A stretch of DNA of 28,225 nt from an uncultured bacterium. Lineage in GTDB: Bacteria; Auribacterota; Erginobacteria; Erginobacterales; Erginobacteraceae. The translations under genes and the position numbers were made by a program. Below are positions 1 to 9,982 of the stretch, in pieces. The stretch spans positions 1 through 28,225 of the forward strand of contig CAWGIE010000041.1 in the NCBI GenBank assembly GCA_963822585.1, given 5' to 3'. Below the pieces are notes generated by a model. The model worked only from the letters and a program-made list of their open reading frames with translations. It searched no databases and was not told the DNA's origin. Numbering within the stretch: the first letter of the stretch is position 1; each line of letters opens with the position of its first letter.

Positions 1-63
1 ATGACAGGGTGATAGGCTTATATACGGTCGGGGGAAAACCTGTTAATGTACCTTGGTGAAGCA

Positions 64-145
64 TGGAATAGTGGAGTGTTGGAGTGATGGAGTGATGAGG
101 TGCCTCGTGCTCCATTACACCATCATTCCAACACTCCATCACTCC
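64..145. repeat. Bipartite inverted 8-mer tandem array: (TGGAGTGA)n, 12-nt spacer, (TCACTCCA)n
   Basis: tggaatag-tggagtgt-tggagtga-tggagtga at 64-95; reverse-complement units ctcca-ttacacca-tcattcca-acactcca-tcactcc at 110-145. Confidence 0.9.
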
Positions 146-215
146 TTGTTGTCGTTTTTAATAATTAAAATACCTGCAGCCTGATCTATTGAATGGCTTG
201 AAGAGGAGTATCCCC

Positions 216-965
216 ATGGTCGGATATGACGGTGAAGGAACAATCCCTCCGGACGGGTGGAAAGAGAGTTTCCGCCTGTATCGGGAAAAGGTCTATGGGA
301 GTCGATCTCTGGCGCGGTTCTTCGGCCAGGGTCTGCTGTTGACGATCTTTTCCTGTTTCCCGACAATCGCCGGCTGCCTGGCCAGGGGTTATCTCTACCG
401 CCTGCTTTTCGGAGATCTGGGCAGGAAGTGTTTCATTGAGAAAAACGTCCGTTTCTTCAATCCCGGCGGCCTCCGGCTCGGCGAGAGGGTTTTTCTGGGG
501 GAAGGAAGTTTTTTCGATGTCGGCCCCGGAGCGGGACCGGTCGTGATCGGGACGGACAGCCATGTCTCGCGGGGGGTCATCGTCCGGACCCAGGGAGGTA
601 AGATAACGGTGGGGGAGAAGGTTAATATCGGTTCGGGTTCATTCATCTACGGCTACGGCGATATCGAGATCGGGCGCGACACCCTGATCGCCAACCAGGT
701 GGAGATCATCGGGGGAACCCATGTCTTTGACGATACCGACCGGCCGATGCGTTTCCAGGGACGAGCTCCCAGCCGGATTGTGATCGGGGAGGATGTCTGG
801 ATCGGAACCCATGCCGTTATCCTCGGGGGCGTTACCATCGGAAAAGGGGCGGTCATCGGGGCCGGGGCCGTTGTCCACCGCGATATCGGTGAATACGCGG
901 TGGCGGTGGGCATCCCGGCCCGCCCGATCCGGTCCCGTCTGAACCGGAAAAGATCTTTGCCGTAA
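216..965 (+). CDS. Hexapeptide-repeat (left-handed beta-helix) sugar acetyltransferase
   Basis: Repeated [LIV]G hexads (IVIGEDVWIGTHAVILGGVTIGKGAVIGAGAVV) and C-terminal VAVGIPARPIR. ATG at 216 follows GAGGAG (203-208); the ORF track starts at TTG 189. Confidence 0.88.
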   Translation: MVGYDGEGTIPPDGWKESFRLYREKVYGSRSLARFFGQGLLLTIFSCFPTIAGCLARGYLYRLLFGDLGRKCFIEKNVRFFNPGGLRLGERVFLGEGSFFDVGPGAGPVVIGTDSHVSRGVIVRTQGGKITVGEKVNIGSGSFIYGYGDIEIGRDTLIANQVEIIGGTHVFDDTDRPMRFQGRAPSRIVIGEDVWIGTHAVILGGVTIGKGAVIGAGAVVHRDIGEYAVAVGIPARPIRSRLNRKRSLP

Positions 966-1246
966 AAAAGCGCAAAAAAAGAGTAGGTTCGTTATATCTC
1001 GCCGGCAAATATGACCTTGTCCCTAGTCGCTTATCTGGTATTATTTTCCCTCCAGAAAAATAATAGTGTGTATGTTTTGAAGCAATATTGCATGAGTATT
1101 TTAAATTACCGGTATTGCCTCAATGGAATCATGATGGTCGTTGTTCAAAACGGAACAATAGCTCATTTCGATTTCGATGGCGGCGAGTAGTTTTGTAACT
1201 TCAGGCACTTCAGAACGTTGCCTGAGTGGAGAGAGGGCTGAGTTCT

Positions 1247-2506
1247 ATGAGAGTACTGGTAACCATTTTTGAAGAGTTGTACCCCCTGAGCGGGGGTGGG
1301 AGTCCCCGGATCTCCAATATCATCCGGGCCTTCGCCCGGAAAGGCCATGAGGTTTGCGTCGCCGGAGGGATCGCGAGTTCGGATGAGGAAGCAAAGGGAT
1401 ACCTGGGCTGTCGGGAGATCGTACGCCTGAAGACCGTGAGCCGTCTCGACCCGAATAAAATGAAGAAATATCTTCTGGCCCATCCGGTCAACATGGAGCG
1501 TTTGATCCGGACGGTCGCCCGTTTTCGTCCCGATCTAATCGTGTCTCACAACACGATCGCCGGGTTCGGGGCTCTCTGGGGGAGGAAAATGACCGCGGGG
1601 AAGCCCCTGCTGGTCCTCAACCTGACCGATGTTCTCTTCGAATATCTTGATAATTATTCTTCCGGGGGATGGCTCTCCCTGGTCCAGACTTTCGGGCGAA
1701 AGATGGAAGCGGCCGCGATCAGGGGATCGGACCGGATCATTACCATCAGCCGGGCCATGAAGGAGATCATCCTCGAATACGGAGGCTCCCCGGACCGGAT
1801 TGATGTTGTCTGCGACGGGGTCGACCTGGAGATTTTCCGTAAATACGAAAGCGGCGACCTGAGACGAAAATGCGCCCCCGGCAAGGAGAAGGTCCTGATT
1901 TTTCAGGGGGTGATCGACCCCCAGGACGGTCCCGAACTTCTGGTCTCGTCCGCGAAAAAACTGGTTGCCCGCAAACCCGGCACCGCGTTCTGGATTATCG
2001 GCGAAGGGACCGCTATCCCCGCGTTAAAAGAGATGGTCGGCCGGGAAGGATTGACGGACGCGTTCTATTTTTCCGGCTGGCTGACCCAGAAAGAGGTGGC
2101 TCGGTATATGTCGGGGGGGGATATCGGCCTGGTCATCCTGCCGGATATTGTTTCCGCGCGGGGGCGGGTGACCCTGAAGGAGTTCGAGTACTGGGCCTGC
2201 GGTCTCTCGGTGGTGGCGCCCCGGCTCCCGGCGCTGGAAGAAGTGATCGAGGAGGGGAAGACCGGCCTCTTCTACCGGCCGGGAGACGCCGGCGATCTGG
2301 CCGACAAGATTGAAACGCTGATCGCCGATCCCGAACTTTCCCGAAAAATGGGGGAGGAAGGACTCAAGGTGGTAGAGGAGAAGTACCGCTGGGATAAACT
2401 GGCGGATACATTTGTGGAGTTGTGTGAAGGGTATAGTCATAACGATATACCCGGACAGAACATGCATAAAACCACGAAGAGCACGAAGGACACGAAGGCT
2501 GGATAA
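1247..2506 (+). CDS. Glycosyltransferase family 4 (GT-B fold)
   Basis: N-terminal MRVLV..YP.SGGG, GHEVCV, ITISRAMK, GVDLEIF, and EYWACGLSVVAPRLPALEEVIEEGKTG. Likely start is ATG 1247. The C-terminal tail TTKSTKDTK is encoded by a repeat arm. Confidence 0.92.
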   Translation: MRVLVTIFEELYPLSGGGSPRISNIIRAFARKGHEVCVAGGIASSDEEAKGYLGCREIVRLKTVSRLDPNKMKKYLLAHPVNMERLIRTVARFRPDLIVSHNTIAGFGALWGRKMTAGKPLLVLNLTDVLFEYLDNYSSGGWLSLVQTFGRKMEAAAIRGSDRIITISRAMKEIILEYGGSPDRIDVVCDGVDLEIFRKYESGDLRRKCAPGKEKVLIFQGVIDPQDGPELLVSSAKKLVARKPGTAFWIIGEGTAIPALKEMVGREGLTDAFYFSGWLTQKEVARYMSGGDIGLVILPDIVSARGRVTLKEFEYWACGLSVVAPRLPALEEVIEEGKTGLFYRPGDAGDLADKIETLIADPELSRKMGEEGLKVVEEKYRWDKLADTFVELCEGYSHNDIPGQNMHKTTKSTKDTKAG

Positions 2507-2566
2507 ATAAGGAGTTTTTCCTCATAATTTTCTTTGATCTTCGTGTTCTTCGTGTACTTCGTGGTT
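2470..2566. repeat. Bipartite inverted 9-mer tandem array: (NNCACGAAG)x3 ... (CTTCGTGNN)x3
   Basis: aaccacgaag-agcacgaag-gacacgaag at 2470-2497; cttcgtgtt-cttcgtgta-cttcgtggtt at 2539-2566. Confidence 0.9.
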
Positions 2567-2589
2567 AAATTCAAGTATGGTGAAATAGT

Positions 2590-4026
2590 ATGAAAGTGCT
2601 GATAACAAATCCCCCCTGGCCCGGTGAAGGGTTCGGGGCCCGCTCCGACGTGCGTTGGCCGCACAAGCGAAGCGATAAATTCATCGAGTACCCGATCTAC
2701 CTGGCCTACCTGGTGGCGATCGTACGCCAGAGCGGCTTTGACGTCGCCTTTCTCGACGCCATCCTGGAAGAACTGGACATCGAGGCCTTCGGCCGGAGGG
2801 TGAAGGAGATCGGACCCGATGTGGTGGTCATGGAGTGTTCGACCCCCTCGATCAACTTCGATCTCCAGTCGGCGGCCGCCGTCAAGAAGGTCCTGCCGGA
2901 GGCGCGGACGGTCCTGGTCGGCTCCCATCCGACCGTGTACCATCGGGAGATCATGGAGCAAAACCCGCAGGTGGATGCCATCTGCCGGGGAGAATTCGAT
3001 TACACGGTCCGCGATCTGGTGCAAGCCCTGGCTGCCGGAAAGGACTTCTCGGCGGTGGCAGGGCTGACCTGGCGTTCCGGAGGGGAGGCCAGGGTAAATC
3101 CCGACCGGCCGCTGATCGAGAACCTGGATGAGCTGCCCTTTCCGGCCCGGGATCTGGTGGGAAGTCCGTTTTACCGGCAGGGGACCTTCCGCGGGAAGCG
3201 TCCGACCACGGTTGTCACTTCACGGGGATGCCCCTTCCGGTGCATCTACTGCCTCTGGCCGAATACCCTCTATGGGCACGACTTCCGGGCCCGCTCGGCC
3301 GGCAACGTCGTCGATGAGCTTGAAGAATGCGTGAAGAAGTACGGGGTCGACGAGGTCTATTTTGACGACGACTCCATGGGCTTGAACCGGGACCGGATTC
3401 TCGAGATCTGCCGTCTGATCGTGAAACGCGGGCTGAAGTTCGAATGGATATCCCAATGCCGGGTGGACAGCATGGATGAGGAGGTACTCCGGGCGATGAA
3501 AAAGGCCGGCTGCCGTTACATCCGTTTCGGGGTCGAATCCGGTTCTCCCCGGATGCTGAAACTGATGAAGAAGGGGATCACTCTGGAGAAGGTGATGGAG
3601 GCTTTCCGCCTGGCCCGGAAAGTGGGGATTCGTACCCAGGCTTTCTTCCTCTTCGGACTCCCGGGGGAGACCGAGGATACCGTCAGGGAGACAATCGAGT
3701 TCGCCAAGAAGCTGAAACCGGGGAGCGCCCAGTTCGCTGTCGCCATCCCCCACCCGGGAACCGAACTTTTTCGGACTACCACTGAGAGGGGCTGGATCCG
3801 TTACCGTGAATGGGAGGACTTCTCTTCCTGTCTGGGGATGATCGAGACCCCTGAATTTCCCCTGGACGCGGCCGAGAAGGCCCGGGTCAGGGCATACAAG
3901 GAATTTTATTTTCGTCCTTCTTTCTTTCTCCAGACCGCGCTCAGCATCAAGAACTGGGATGATCTGAAAAGCGTACTCGCGAGCGCTAAATCGATCGTGA
4001 GCCGGATCGGGTTTTTTTCAAGTTAA
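2590..4026 (+). CDS. B12-binding-domain radical SAM protein (HpnJ-like)
   Basis: TSRGCPFRCIYCLWP (CxxxCxxC); N-terminal cobalamin-binding-type domain (YPIYLAYL, VLVGSHPT, RGEFDYT, NLDELPFPARDL); YFDDD, FGVESGS and FLFGLPGET motifs. Confidence 0.9.
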   Translation: MKVLITNPPWPGEGFGARSDVRWPHKRSDKFIEYPIYLAYLVAIVRQSGFDVAFLDAILEELDIEAFGRRVKEIGPDVVVMECSTPSINFDLQSAAAVKKVLPEARTVLVGSHPTVYHREIMEQNPQVDAICRGEFDYTVRDLVQALAAGKDFSAVAGLTWRSGGEARVNPDRPLIENLDELPFPARDLVGSPFYRQGTFRGKRPTTVVTSRGCPFRCIYCLWPNTLYGHDFRARSAGNVVDELEECVKKYGVDEVYFDDDSMGLNRDRILEICRLIVKRGLKFEWISQCRVDSMDEEVLRAMKKAGCRYIRFGVESGSPRMLKLMKKGITLEKVMEAFRLARKVGIRTQAFFLFGLPGETEDTVRETIEFAKKLKPGSAQFAVAIPHPGTELFRTTTERGWIRYREWEDFSSCLGMIETPEFPLDAAEKARVRAYKEFYFRPSFFLQTALSIKNWDDLKSVLASAKSIVSRIGFFSS

Positions 4027-4036
4027 AAGAAAATGA

Positions 4037-4136
4037 GCCACCAAGGCACAAAGGCACCAAGAAAGCTAAAAAATGATAGGAAGGGTTGTAATAGAAGCTT
4101 TTTTGGTTTTCCTTCGTGCCTTGGTGTCTTAGTGGC
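4037..4136. repeat. Bipartite inverted 8-mer tandem array: (GCACCAAG)x3 ... (CTTGGTGC)x3
   Basis: gccaccaag-gcacaaag-gcaccaag at 4037-4061; cttcgtgc-cttggtgt-cttagtggc at 4112-4136. Confidence 0.88.
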
Positions 4137-4163
4137 AAAATAAGAGTGAGTTGAGCTTGTGTG

Positions 4164-5108
4164 ATGGATAAGCAAAAGCCAATTGACATCTCCGTTCTGA
4201 TTCCTCTTTTCGACGAAGAGGAGAATCTGCAACCGCTCTTTGAGAAGATCCGGGCGGTCCTGGACGAACGGAGGCGGTCCTGGGAAATTCTCTTTGTTGA
4301 CGACGGATCATCCGACGGGTCCTTCAGCGTGCTGAAAAATCTCAGGGAGTCCGATCCCCGGATCCGGATCATTCAGCTGCGGAGGAACTTCGGCAAGTCG
4401 GCCGCCCTCGACGCCGGTTTCAAGGCGGTCCGGGGCGGCCGGGTCATTATCATGGACGCCGATCTCCAGGATGACCCGGAGGAGATCCCGGCTCTTTTAA
4501 AGAAGATTGACGAAGGATATGACTTGGTCACCGGCTGGCGGGCGGACCGGCATGACCGCTTCATCAAGAAGTACACCTCCCGGATCTATAACTTCGTCAC
4601 CGCCACCATGACCGGGATCAGGCTCCATGATTTTAACTGTGGGTTGAAGGCCTTCCGGAGAGAAGTGGTCCGGGACATCACCCTTTACGGCGAACTGCAC
4701 CGTTATATTCCTCCGATCGCCCACTGGAAAGGATATAAAGTCACCGAGATCAGGGTCTGCCACCATCCCCGGGCTTTTGGTAAGAGCAAGTTCGGCCCCT
4801 CCCGGTTTTTCGCCGGGTTCATGGACCTGCTGACGGTCATGTTCCTGACCAAATACATCAAGAAACCTCTCCATCTCTTCGGAGGGGCCGGTTTGATCTT
4901 TTTTTCTCTGGGATTGGTCATCAATATCTACCTGGCAATCCTGAAAATACTGGGATACGGCATCGGCGGCCGCCCGCTTCTCATCCTGGGGGTGCTCCTG
5001 ATGCTGATCGGCTTCCAGCTGATCTCCACCGGATTGATCGGGGAGATGCTGGCAATGGCTATTCACCGTGAAAAAGAGGAATACCTGATAAAACAGGTCC
5101 TAAATTAG
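4164..5108 (+). CDS. GT2 polyprenyl-phosphate glycosyltransferase (DPM synthase/ArnC/GtrB-like)
   Basis: ISVLIPLFDEEENL, VDDGSSD, RRNFGKSAAL, MDADLQDDP, DFNCGLKAFR, HHPRAFGKSKF, and two C-terminal hydrophobic helices. Confidence 0.93.
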   Translation: MDKQKPIDISVLIPLFDEEENLQPLFEKIRAVLDERRRSWEILFVDDGSSDGSFSVLKNLRESDPRIRIIQLRRNFGKSAALDAGFKAVRGGRVIIMDADLQDDPEEIPALLKKIDEGYDLVTGWRADRHDRFIKKYTSRIYNFVTATMTGIRLHDFNCGLKAFRREVVRDITLYGELHRYIPPIAHWKGYKVTEIRVCHHPRAFGKSKFGPSRFFAGFMDLLTVMFLTKYIKKPLHLFGGAGLIFFSLGLVINIYLAILKILGYGIGGRPLLILGVLLMLIGFQLISTGLIGEMLAMAIHREKEEYLIKQVLN

Positions 5109-5234
5109 CCGCGAGCGTTTTTTGTCTGCGACACCCTCCGATGGAATCCCGTGACGGTCATTTTCCCCCGCCGAAGGATTGATGCGGATAACCTTTTAAT
5201 CCAATTTAACCATGAAGCGGATCAGTTTTGAACA

Positions 5235-8200
5235 ATGACGGCGATCCAAAAAGAGAAAACATTCGTCTATACTCTCTTCAGCCTGTTTTTAATCCTGGTC
5301 ATTTTCTCCGGCCTGAAGGGCTACGATGTCGCCCTTGGCTCTGATCCTTTCGGGCTGGTCCATTTTGCCCGCCATCTGGCGGAGGGGAGGTTTTACAGCG
5401 ATTTCCCCGTCTATAACTGGTTTAAAGGAGGCTGGGCCCCGGGCGAGTCCCACTTTGTACTTCTGGGCAATTATCTGGTCAAGAACGGTCGAATATATTG
5501 CAAATACGCCATCGGCTTCCCCTTATTTTTAGCCGGCCTAATCAAGGTGTTCGGAACTGACGCGGCTTATATCGCCAATATTTTTGTCGTGGGAGTTTTT
5601 CTCTGGTTTTACTTCAAACTGGCGGAGATGATCTTTGCTCAATGGAGACACGGTATCTTTCTGGCCCTGCTCGGATCGTTTCTCTTCATCATTCTGATTG
5701 AAAAGGTCTGGAGTTTGGCCATGAAGCCTTCCCGGGACCTTCTGGCGCTGACCGTCCTCATCACCGGACTTTACTGGGGAATACGGGCCCTCCGCCGGTG
5801 GCCCGCGGTTCGTTGGTTCTCCCTGGTACTGGGAGCATTCTGCCTGGGGTATTCGGGCTCAACCAGGCTTCCGAATGTCCTGGTTGGCGTACCGGTTGGA
5901 CTGTATCTCCTGGTCCGACTCCGGAGCCCCGCCTGCTGGTCGAAACGGGTGGCGGTCGTTGTGCTCGCTGGTTTTTTATTCATCGTTGGCCTGGTTCCGA
6001 TCTTCCTCCAGAACTATGCAACCGAAGGAAATCCTCTTCATCCCCCCCGCCCGGAAATTACCCAGAGGGCAGTGTTCAAAGTGAAGGATGTCGAGTCCCC
6101 TGCTCCTCTCTGGATAGGTTTTCTCGCAACCACTGGTCCCGACACCTTAAAATTCTTCGGAAAACTCTATGGGGTCTCTTTGACCGCGCTGATTATACTG
6201 GGGCTGATCTCCGGGTGGAAATCTCCGGAAATCAAGTATCTCTGTTTGGGGATACCGCTCATCTTCATACTCTTCTATAGCATGTGGGTTCACCTGATGG
6301 TCCGCTACATGACCATCGCCCAGCCATTTTTTATTCTGCTGGTGGTCGCGGGGGTTGGCAAAGTCCTCGACCCCCACGTCCGGAAATGGGTGCTCTGGGT
6401 GGGCCCGGTTCTGATCGGAGCGGATGTCCTGCTCCGCCTCCTCCTCAATCATGAGTACGGGCTGGGAGTAATTGATTTCTTCGTCCTGGCCTTCACGGTC
6501 GGTCTCTGGCTGATTGCTGCCCGTGAAAGTAGCGGCTGGAAGACAACCTCCCGCCACATGATCCTGGCCTGTGCGGTCTTTACCCTCTTTCTGGTCAAGT
6601 TTGGACCGGGATGGTTTTCCACCCGCTGCATCTTCCAGCTTCCCCAGGCTCGGCAATTCGGGCAGGCGATCGATAGATTGGCCCCGCCGGGTTCGGTAAT
6701 TTTCGCCACCAAACCGGTCTCCCAGTACATATCCCTCTTCAGCAGGAGCCACAGTATCCGGGTTTTCGATATAGAACGAGTGGGGATTGAACTTCGTGAA
6801 GGCTGCCAGCGGATGCTCGATCGTCCCGTTTCTCTCTTCCTCTTCGACGCCAGCGGTGGACGGCGGGAAGGGGGTAAATATATTCCCATTCTTCGCAAGT
6901 ATTTTGATGTTACGCCGGTTGGTACCTTTCGCGGAAATGACTTCTGTCTGTCCGACCAGTTTGGCCAGCCGGTCTGCACCCTCTATCGGATAGAACGCTG
7001 GAACCGGAAGGAAGTGGACCTGGATATCGCCGGCCTGAAGGAGGGGGAGGACTGCTTGATGACCCTGAACGCGAGAACCATCTGGGCTGACTACACCGAT
7101 CGGTCCCGGGTGGAGGTGCTGCTGAACGGCCGGCCGCTGGACGTCGCGCTCAAGGACAACATCAATTATCTCTTCCTCCCCGCCCGGCTTCTCCGCAGTC
7201 CGGACTCGGTTCTCACCATCAAGTCGGATCAGCCTCTCCCCCGGATGATGGATTTTTCCGTCCAGAGCGTCTGGTCCCCCTACACGATTACCTTCGGGGA
7301 CCGGGCTAAAGTACCTGAGTATTTTCTGCTCAGCGGTTTCGAGCGTTTCCACTGGCAGGACAAATACTTTTATCGTCTTCTCTGGGAGAAGACCGGTGAG
7401 GTCATGATCCCCACGATACTCCTTCCTGACACCGCACTGATCGGGGAGATCGATCTCAGGAACGGCCAGAAAGTAAAACGTCCGGTCGGTTTGCGGATCG
7501 GGCTGGGGAAAAAAGAGATAACCGATCTGGATCTTTCCTGGGTGAGTAACTGGGACACGATCCGCTTTCCGCTCCCCGACGATGCCGTCTCGGGCCGCGC
7601 GGGCAGCCTCCGGCTGACGGCCTATCCCCTGGCCGGATACCGGATACCCTATCCCGACGATACCTGGTGGGGGGCTCTCTCGATCAAGGCGGTCACTGTC
7701 CGGAGGTGGCTCCGCCGCGCCCGGTTTGAAACGCCGTCAGCGGGGTATTGCTTTGTCGCTTTTGAAATCACTCCGCCGCCGGGCGTCGATAACTGCGGTG
7801 AGCCCTACCGTGTCCTGGTCAGCGGCCGGGCCGTCAGAGACGATCTCCGGGGGGCGGTCCAGCGGTTGCTCCTTGATCCGGGACAGGTGAGTTCCCCGGC
7901 TACCGGGCTGGCGGTCGAATCCGCTGCCTCCGGCTGCCCCGCGCTGCTTCGGACCCGGCCGGTGGTCGCCCGCCCCGGGGAAGATCTGGACATCGATATC
8001 GGGGGAGAGGAGGACTGGGCTTACCTGGCCGAGGGTTTCTACAAGCCCGAGCTTTTTTCAGACAAGGGAGAAGGCCGCTGGACCTCCGGGACGGCGGTGC
8101 TGGAGGTCCCCCTCTTCTCCGGATCGGGTCACGGCGCGGAACTGGTTCTGGAGATCCTGGACGGTCCTCCCGCCGGGATCCCCCCGGAGGAGCGAAAGTG

Positions 8201-8414
8201 CGCGGTTTATCTGGACGGAAAGCAGATCGGCATCATCTCCCTCCGGCCCGGGGGCGGAACATACCGGCAGGCGCTGGCTCTTCCTGACCTCGCCGCCCGC
8301 CTGGCGAAAATCGAGCTCTTCGTTCCCCTCTGGTCGCCGAGCTCTTATTATGAGACCGCGGATAAGCGCCTTCTCGGCATTATGCTGGACCGGGTGAAGA
8401 TCGAGTATCGCTAA
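5235..8414 (+). CDS. Large GT-C-like (ArnT/PMT-type) membrane glycosyltransferase with extracytoplasmic beta-rich C-terminal domains, paralog 1
   Basis: Many TM segments in the first ~460 aa. Acidic motif after TM1 (GSDPFGLVHFARHL), CKYAIGFP, RLPN and VRYM motifs. C-terminal GFYKPE..RWT..A..DKRLLGIMLD. Family assignment is inferred from topology and motifs. Confidence 0.72.
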   Translation: MTAIQKEKTFVYTLFSLFLILVIFSGLKGYDVALGSDPFGLVHFARHLAEGRFYSDFPVYNWFKGGWAPGESHFVLLGNYLVKNGRIYCKYAIGFPLFLAGLIKVFGTDAAYIANIFVVGVFLWFYFKLAEMIFAQWRHGIFLALLGSFLFIILIEKVWSLAMKPSRDLLALTVLITGLYWGIRALRRWPAVRWFSLVLGAFCLGYSGSTRLPNVLVGVPVGLYLLVRLRSPACWSKRVAVVVLAGFLFIVGLVPIFLQNYATEGNPLHPPRPEITQRAVFKVKDVESPAPLWIGFLATTGPDTLKFFGKLYGVSLTALIILGLISGWKSPEIKYLCLGIPLIFILFYSMWVHLMVRYMTIAQPFFILLVVAGVGKVLDPHVRKWVLWVGPVLIGADVLLRLLLNHEYGLGVIDFFVLAFTVGLWLIAARESSGWKTTSRHMILACAVFTLFLVKFGPGWFSTRCIFQLPQARQFGQAIDRLAPPGSVIFATKPVSQYISLFSRSHSIRVFDIERVGIELREGCQRMLDRPVSLFLFDASGGRREGGKYIPILRKYFDVTPVGTFRGNDFCLSDQFGQPVCTLYRIERWNRKEVDLDIAGLKEGEDCLMTLNARTIWADYTDRSRVEVLLNGRPLDVALKDNINYLFLPARLLRSPDSVLTIKSDQPLPRMMDFSVQSVWSPYTITFGDRAKVPEYFLLSGFERFHWQDKYFYRLLWEKTGEVMIPTILLPDTALIGEIDLRNGQKVKRPVGLRIGLGKKEITDLDLSWVSNWDTIRFPLPDDAVSGRAGSLRLTAYPLAGYRIPYPDDTWWGALSIKAVTVRRWLRRARFETPSAGYCFVAFEITPPPGVDNCGEPYRVLVSGRAVRDDLRGAVQRLLLDPGQVSSPATGLAVESAASGCPALLRTRPVVARPGEDLDIDIGGEEDWAYLAEGFYKPELFSDKGEGRWTSGTAVLEVPLFSGSGHGAELVLEILDGPPAGIPPEERKCAVYLDGKQIGIISLRPGGGTYRQALALPDLAARLAKIELFVPLWSPSSYYETADKRLLGIMLDRVKIEYR

Positions 8415-8483
8415 AACCGAAAAACATAATGGTCCTCTTCTATTTTTACCAGATAGAGGCTATCACGAGTAATGACGAAATCC

Positions 8484-8550
8484 TCAGCCAGAGGCTGATC
8501 CGCCTTGGGCGGAGAATGAGGCCCCGAAAAGTGCCTCCGGCACCTCGGGG
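8484..8550. repeat. Cluster of REP-like GC hairpins
   Basis: tcagcc-aga-ggctga, tccgcc-ttg-ggcgga, and ccccga..gtgcc-tcc-ggcac..tcgggg. Confidence 0.65.
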
Positions 8551-8657
8551 TAAAAATGACGAAAGAATAACGAAAAAACGAATTTCTAATGATGAAATGT
8601 AAACTCTCCGTACAAGTCAGGTAGCTAAAGGGAAGTTGGGAATTAGTCATTTATCAT

Positions 8658-9982
8658 CACTACTGTCCGGTTATAAGAACTGTAATATCAACTGGTTAGC
8701 GGAATCACCCTCTTCAGGAATGTAGTTGGATTCCGTAAGTACTTGCGATATAGGCTCTTTGTGAAATAGGGTAACACTTAAAATCTGTAGAATTGTGTAG
8801 AGACTGGCCTCTAATTTGAGTTGTTTCTTCAAGATGGCGACCAAGACATACGTAGAGATAGCGATCCAGATTTGGGTTTTAACGGCGTTAGAAGAATTGC
8901 CATAAAACTTTTTAATTCGCAGATGTTGTTTGATCCATTTGAAAAATGTTTCTACGTTCCAGCGACTTTTGTATAGAAGTGTAATAGTCAGAGCAGAGGC
9001 TACAAAGTTATTGGTTAGAAAAACATATTTTATCGAAGTCTTTTCATCAAAGAAAGTGATACGCCGAAGTTTCTCCGGATAGTATTCAGATGATCTGGGC
9101 CCTGTTAATCGAATGGTCTGATCACATCGCAAACCGGTAGACTTATCTACCTCGCGAGAATAGATTCGTTGATATTGAAAATTCTTTTTCGCTCTGATTA
9201 CAAAAAACGCCGAAAACATGTGGAGGGAGTATAACCGCAAGAAATCTATGTAAGCGCGATCCATAACATAGTACGCTCCCGGTTCGGGAATCAATTCGTC
9301 CAGAATGTTTAGATCGTGAACTTTGCCGTCGGTGATCCAGATCATAGAGGGAATATTCCCTCGTAGATCTAATAATGTGTGCATCTTCACGGCGCCTTTG
9401 TATTTTCTGAACCGTGCCCAGGGGAACAAAGACAGACATAAATCGATTGTCGTTGAATCGAGTGCATAAACCGTTTCTTCCAACTCGACTCCAAAGTCTT
9501 CGTCTCGATAAAGTTTGCGAGCTATATTGATCAGCACTTGAGCAAAGTCGGCATAGATTCTCCAGTCCCGATTTTCGTTGGCATCGGCCAGGGTGCTTCT
9601 GGACACATTCCCTCTGATGCCCATGTGATAAAGTTTTGGCTGCATCGCTCGCAGACAGGATTCGATATCGCGTAGACTTTCGCGATAGGAAAGTTGAGCA
9701 AAAGCCATTGACAGAAATTGATCCGTACATGAGAAACTTTTTACCTTGTAATTGCCGTGATATCGCTCGACGCATTTGTGGAATTCGTAGATGGGTGCAA
9801 AATCCATAACCTGGGAAAATACCAAATGTCCTTGGTGCATGGGCCACTCCTTTGAGAATAAAGATTTTGAGAGGCCCAAAGTTTAAAAGCGATTTCAAAT
9901 CGAAAAAAGTATTTTTTGATGTAATCATTTGAATATTAAGGTGGTTACGTTAAATCATGGCTCCAACAACCGGACAGCAGTG
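8658..9982 (-). mobile_element. IS4-family insertion sequence, copy 1 (1325 bp)
   Basis: Terminal IRs cactactgtccggtt (8658) and aaccggacagcagtg (ends 9982). 9-bp target duplication atttatcat at 8649-8657 and 9983-9991. Lower GC than the flanks. Confidence 0.95.
8671..9840 (-). CDS. IS4-family DDE transposase
   Basis: ALDSTTI, VMDRAY and YKSRWNVETFFKWIKQHL (YREK signature). ATG (MHQGHLVFSQ) is preceded by AGGAG. Confidence 0.95.
   Translation of the reverse strand: MHQGHLVFSQVMDFAPIYEFHKCVERYHGNYKVKSFSCTDQFLSMAFAQLSYRESLRDIESCLRAMQPKLYHMGIRGNVSRSTLADANENRDWRIYADFAQVLINIARKLYRDEDFGVELEETVYALDSTTIDLCLSLFPWARFRKYKGAVKMHTLLDLRGNIPSMIWITDGKVHDLNILDELIPEPGAYYVMDRAYIDFLRLYSLHMFSAFFVIRAKKNFQYQRIYSREVDKSTGLRCDQTIRLTGPRSSEYYPEKLRRITFFDEKTSIKYVFLTNNFVASALTITLLYKSRWNVETFFKWIKQHLRIKKFYGNSSNAVKTQIWIAISTYVLVAILKKQLKLEASLYTILQILSVTLFHKEPISQVLTESNYIPEEGDSANQLILQFL

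Noticed and set aside
3..59. Possible 3' end of an upstream CDS (DRVIGLYTVGGKPVNVPW*)
   Set aside because: Too short to support from this window alone.
64..145. Tandem arrays as CRISPR or guide-RNA arrays
   Set aside because: Units are 7-14 nt and abut without unique spacers; no cas genes are present.
1017..1044. Possible promoter TTGTCC-N16-TATTAT with TG extension upstream of GT4
   Set aside because: The AT-rich gap has several equally weak candidates and I cannot choose among them.
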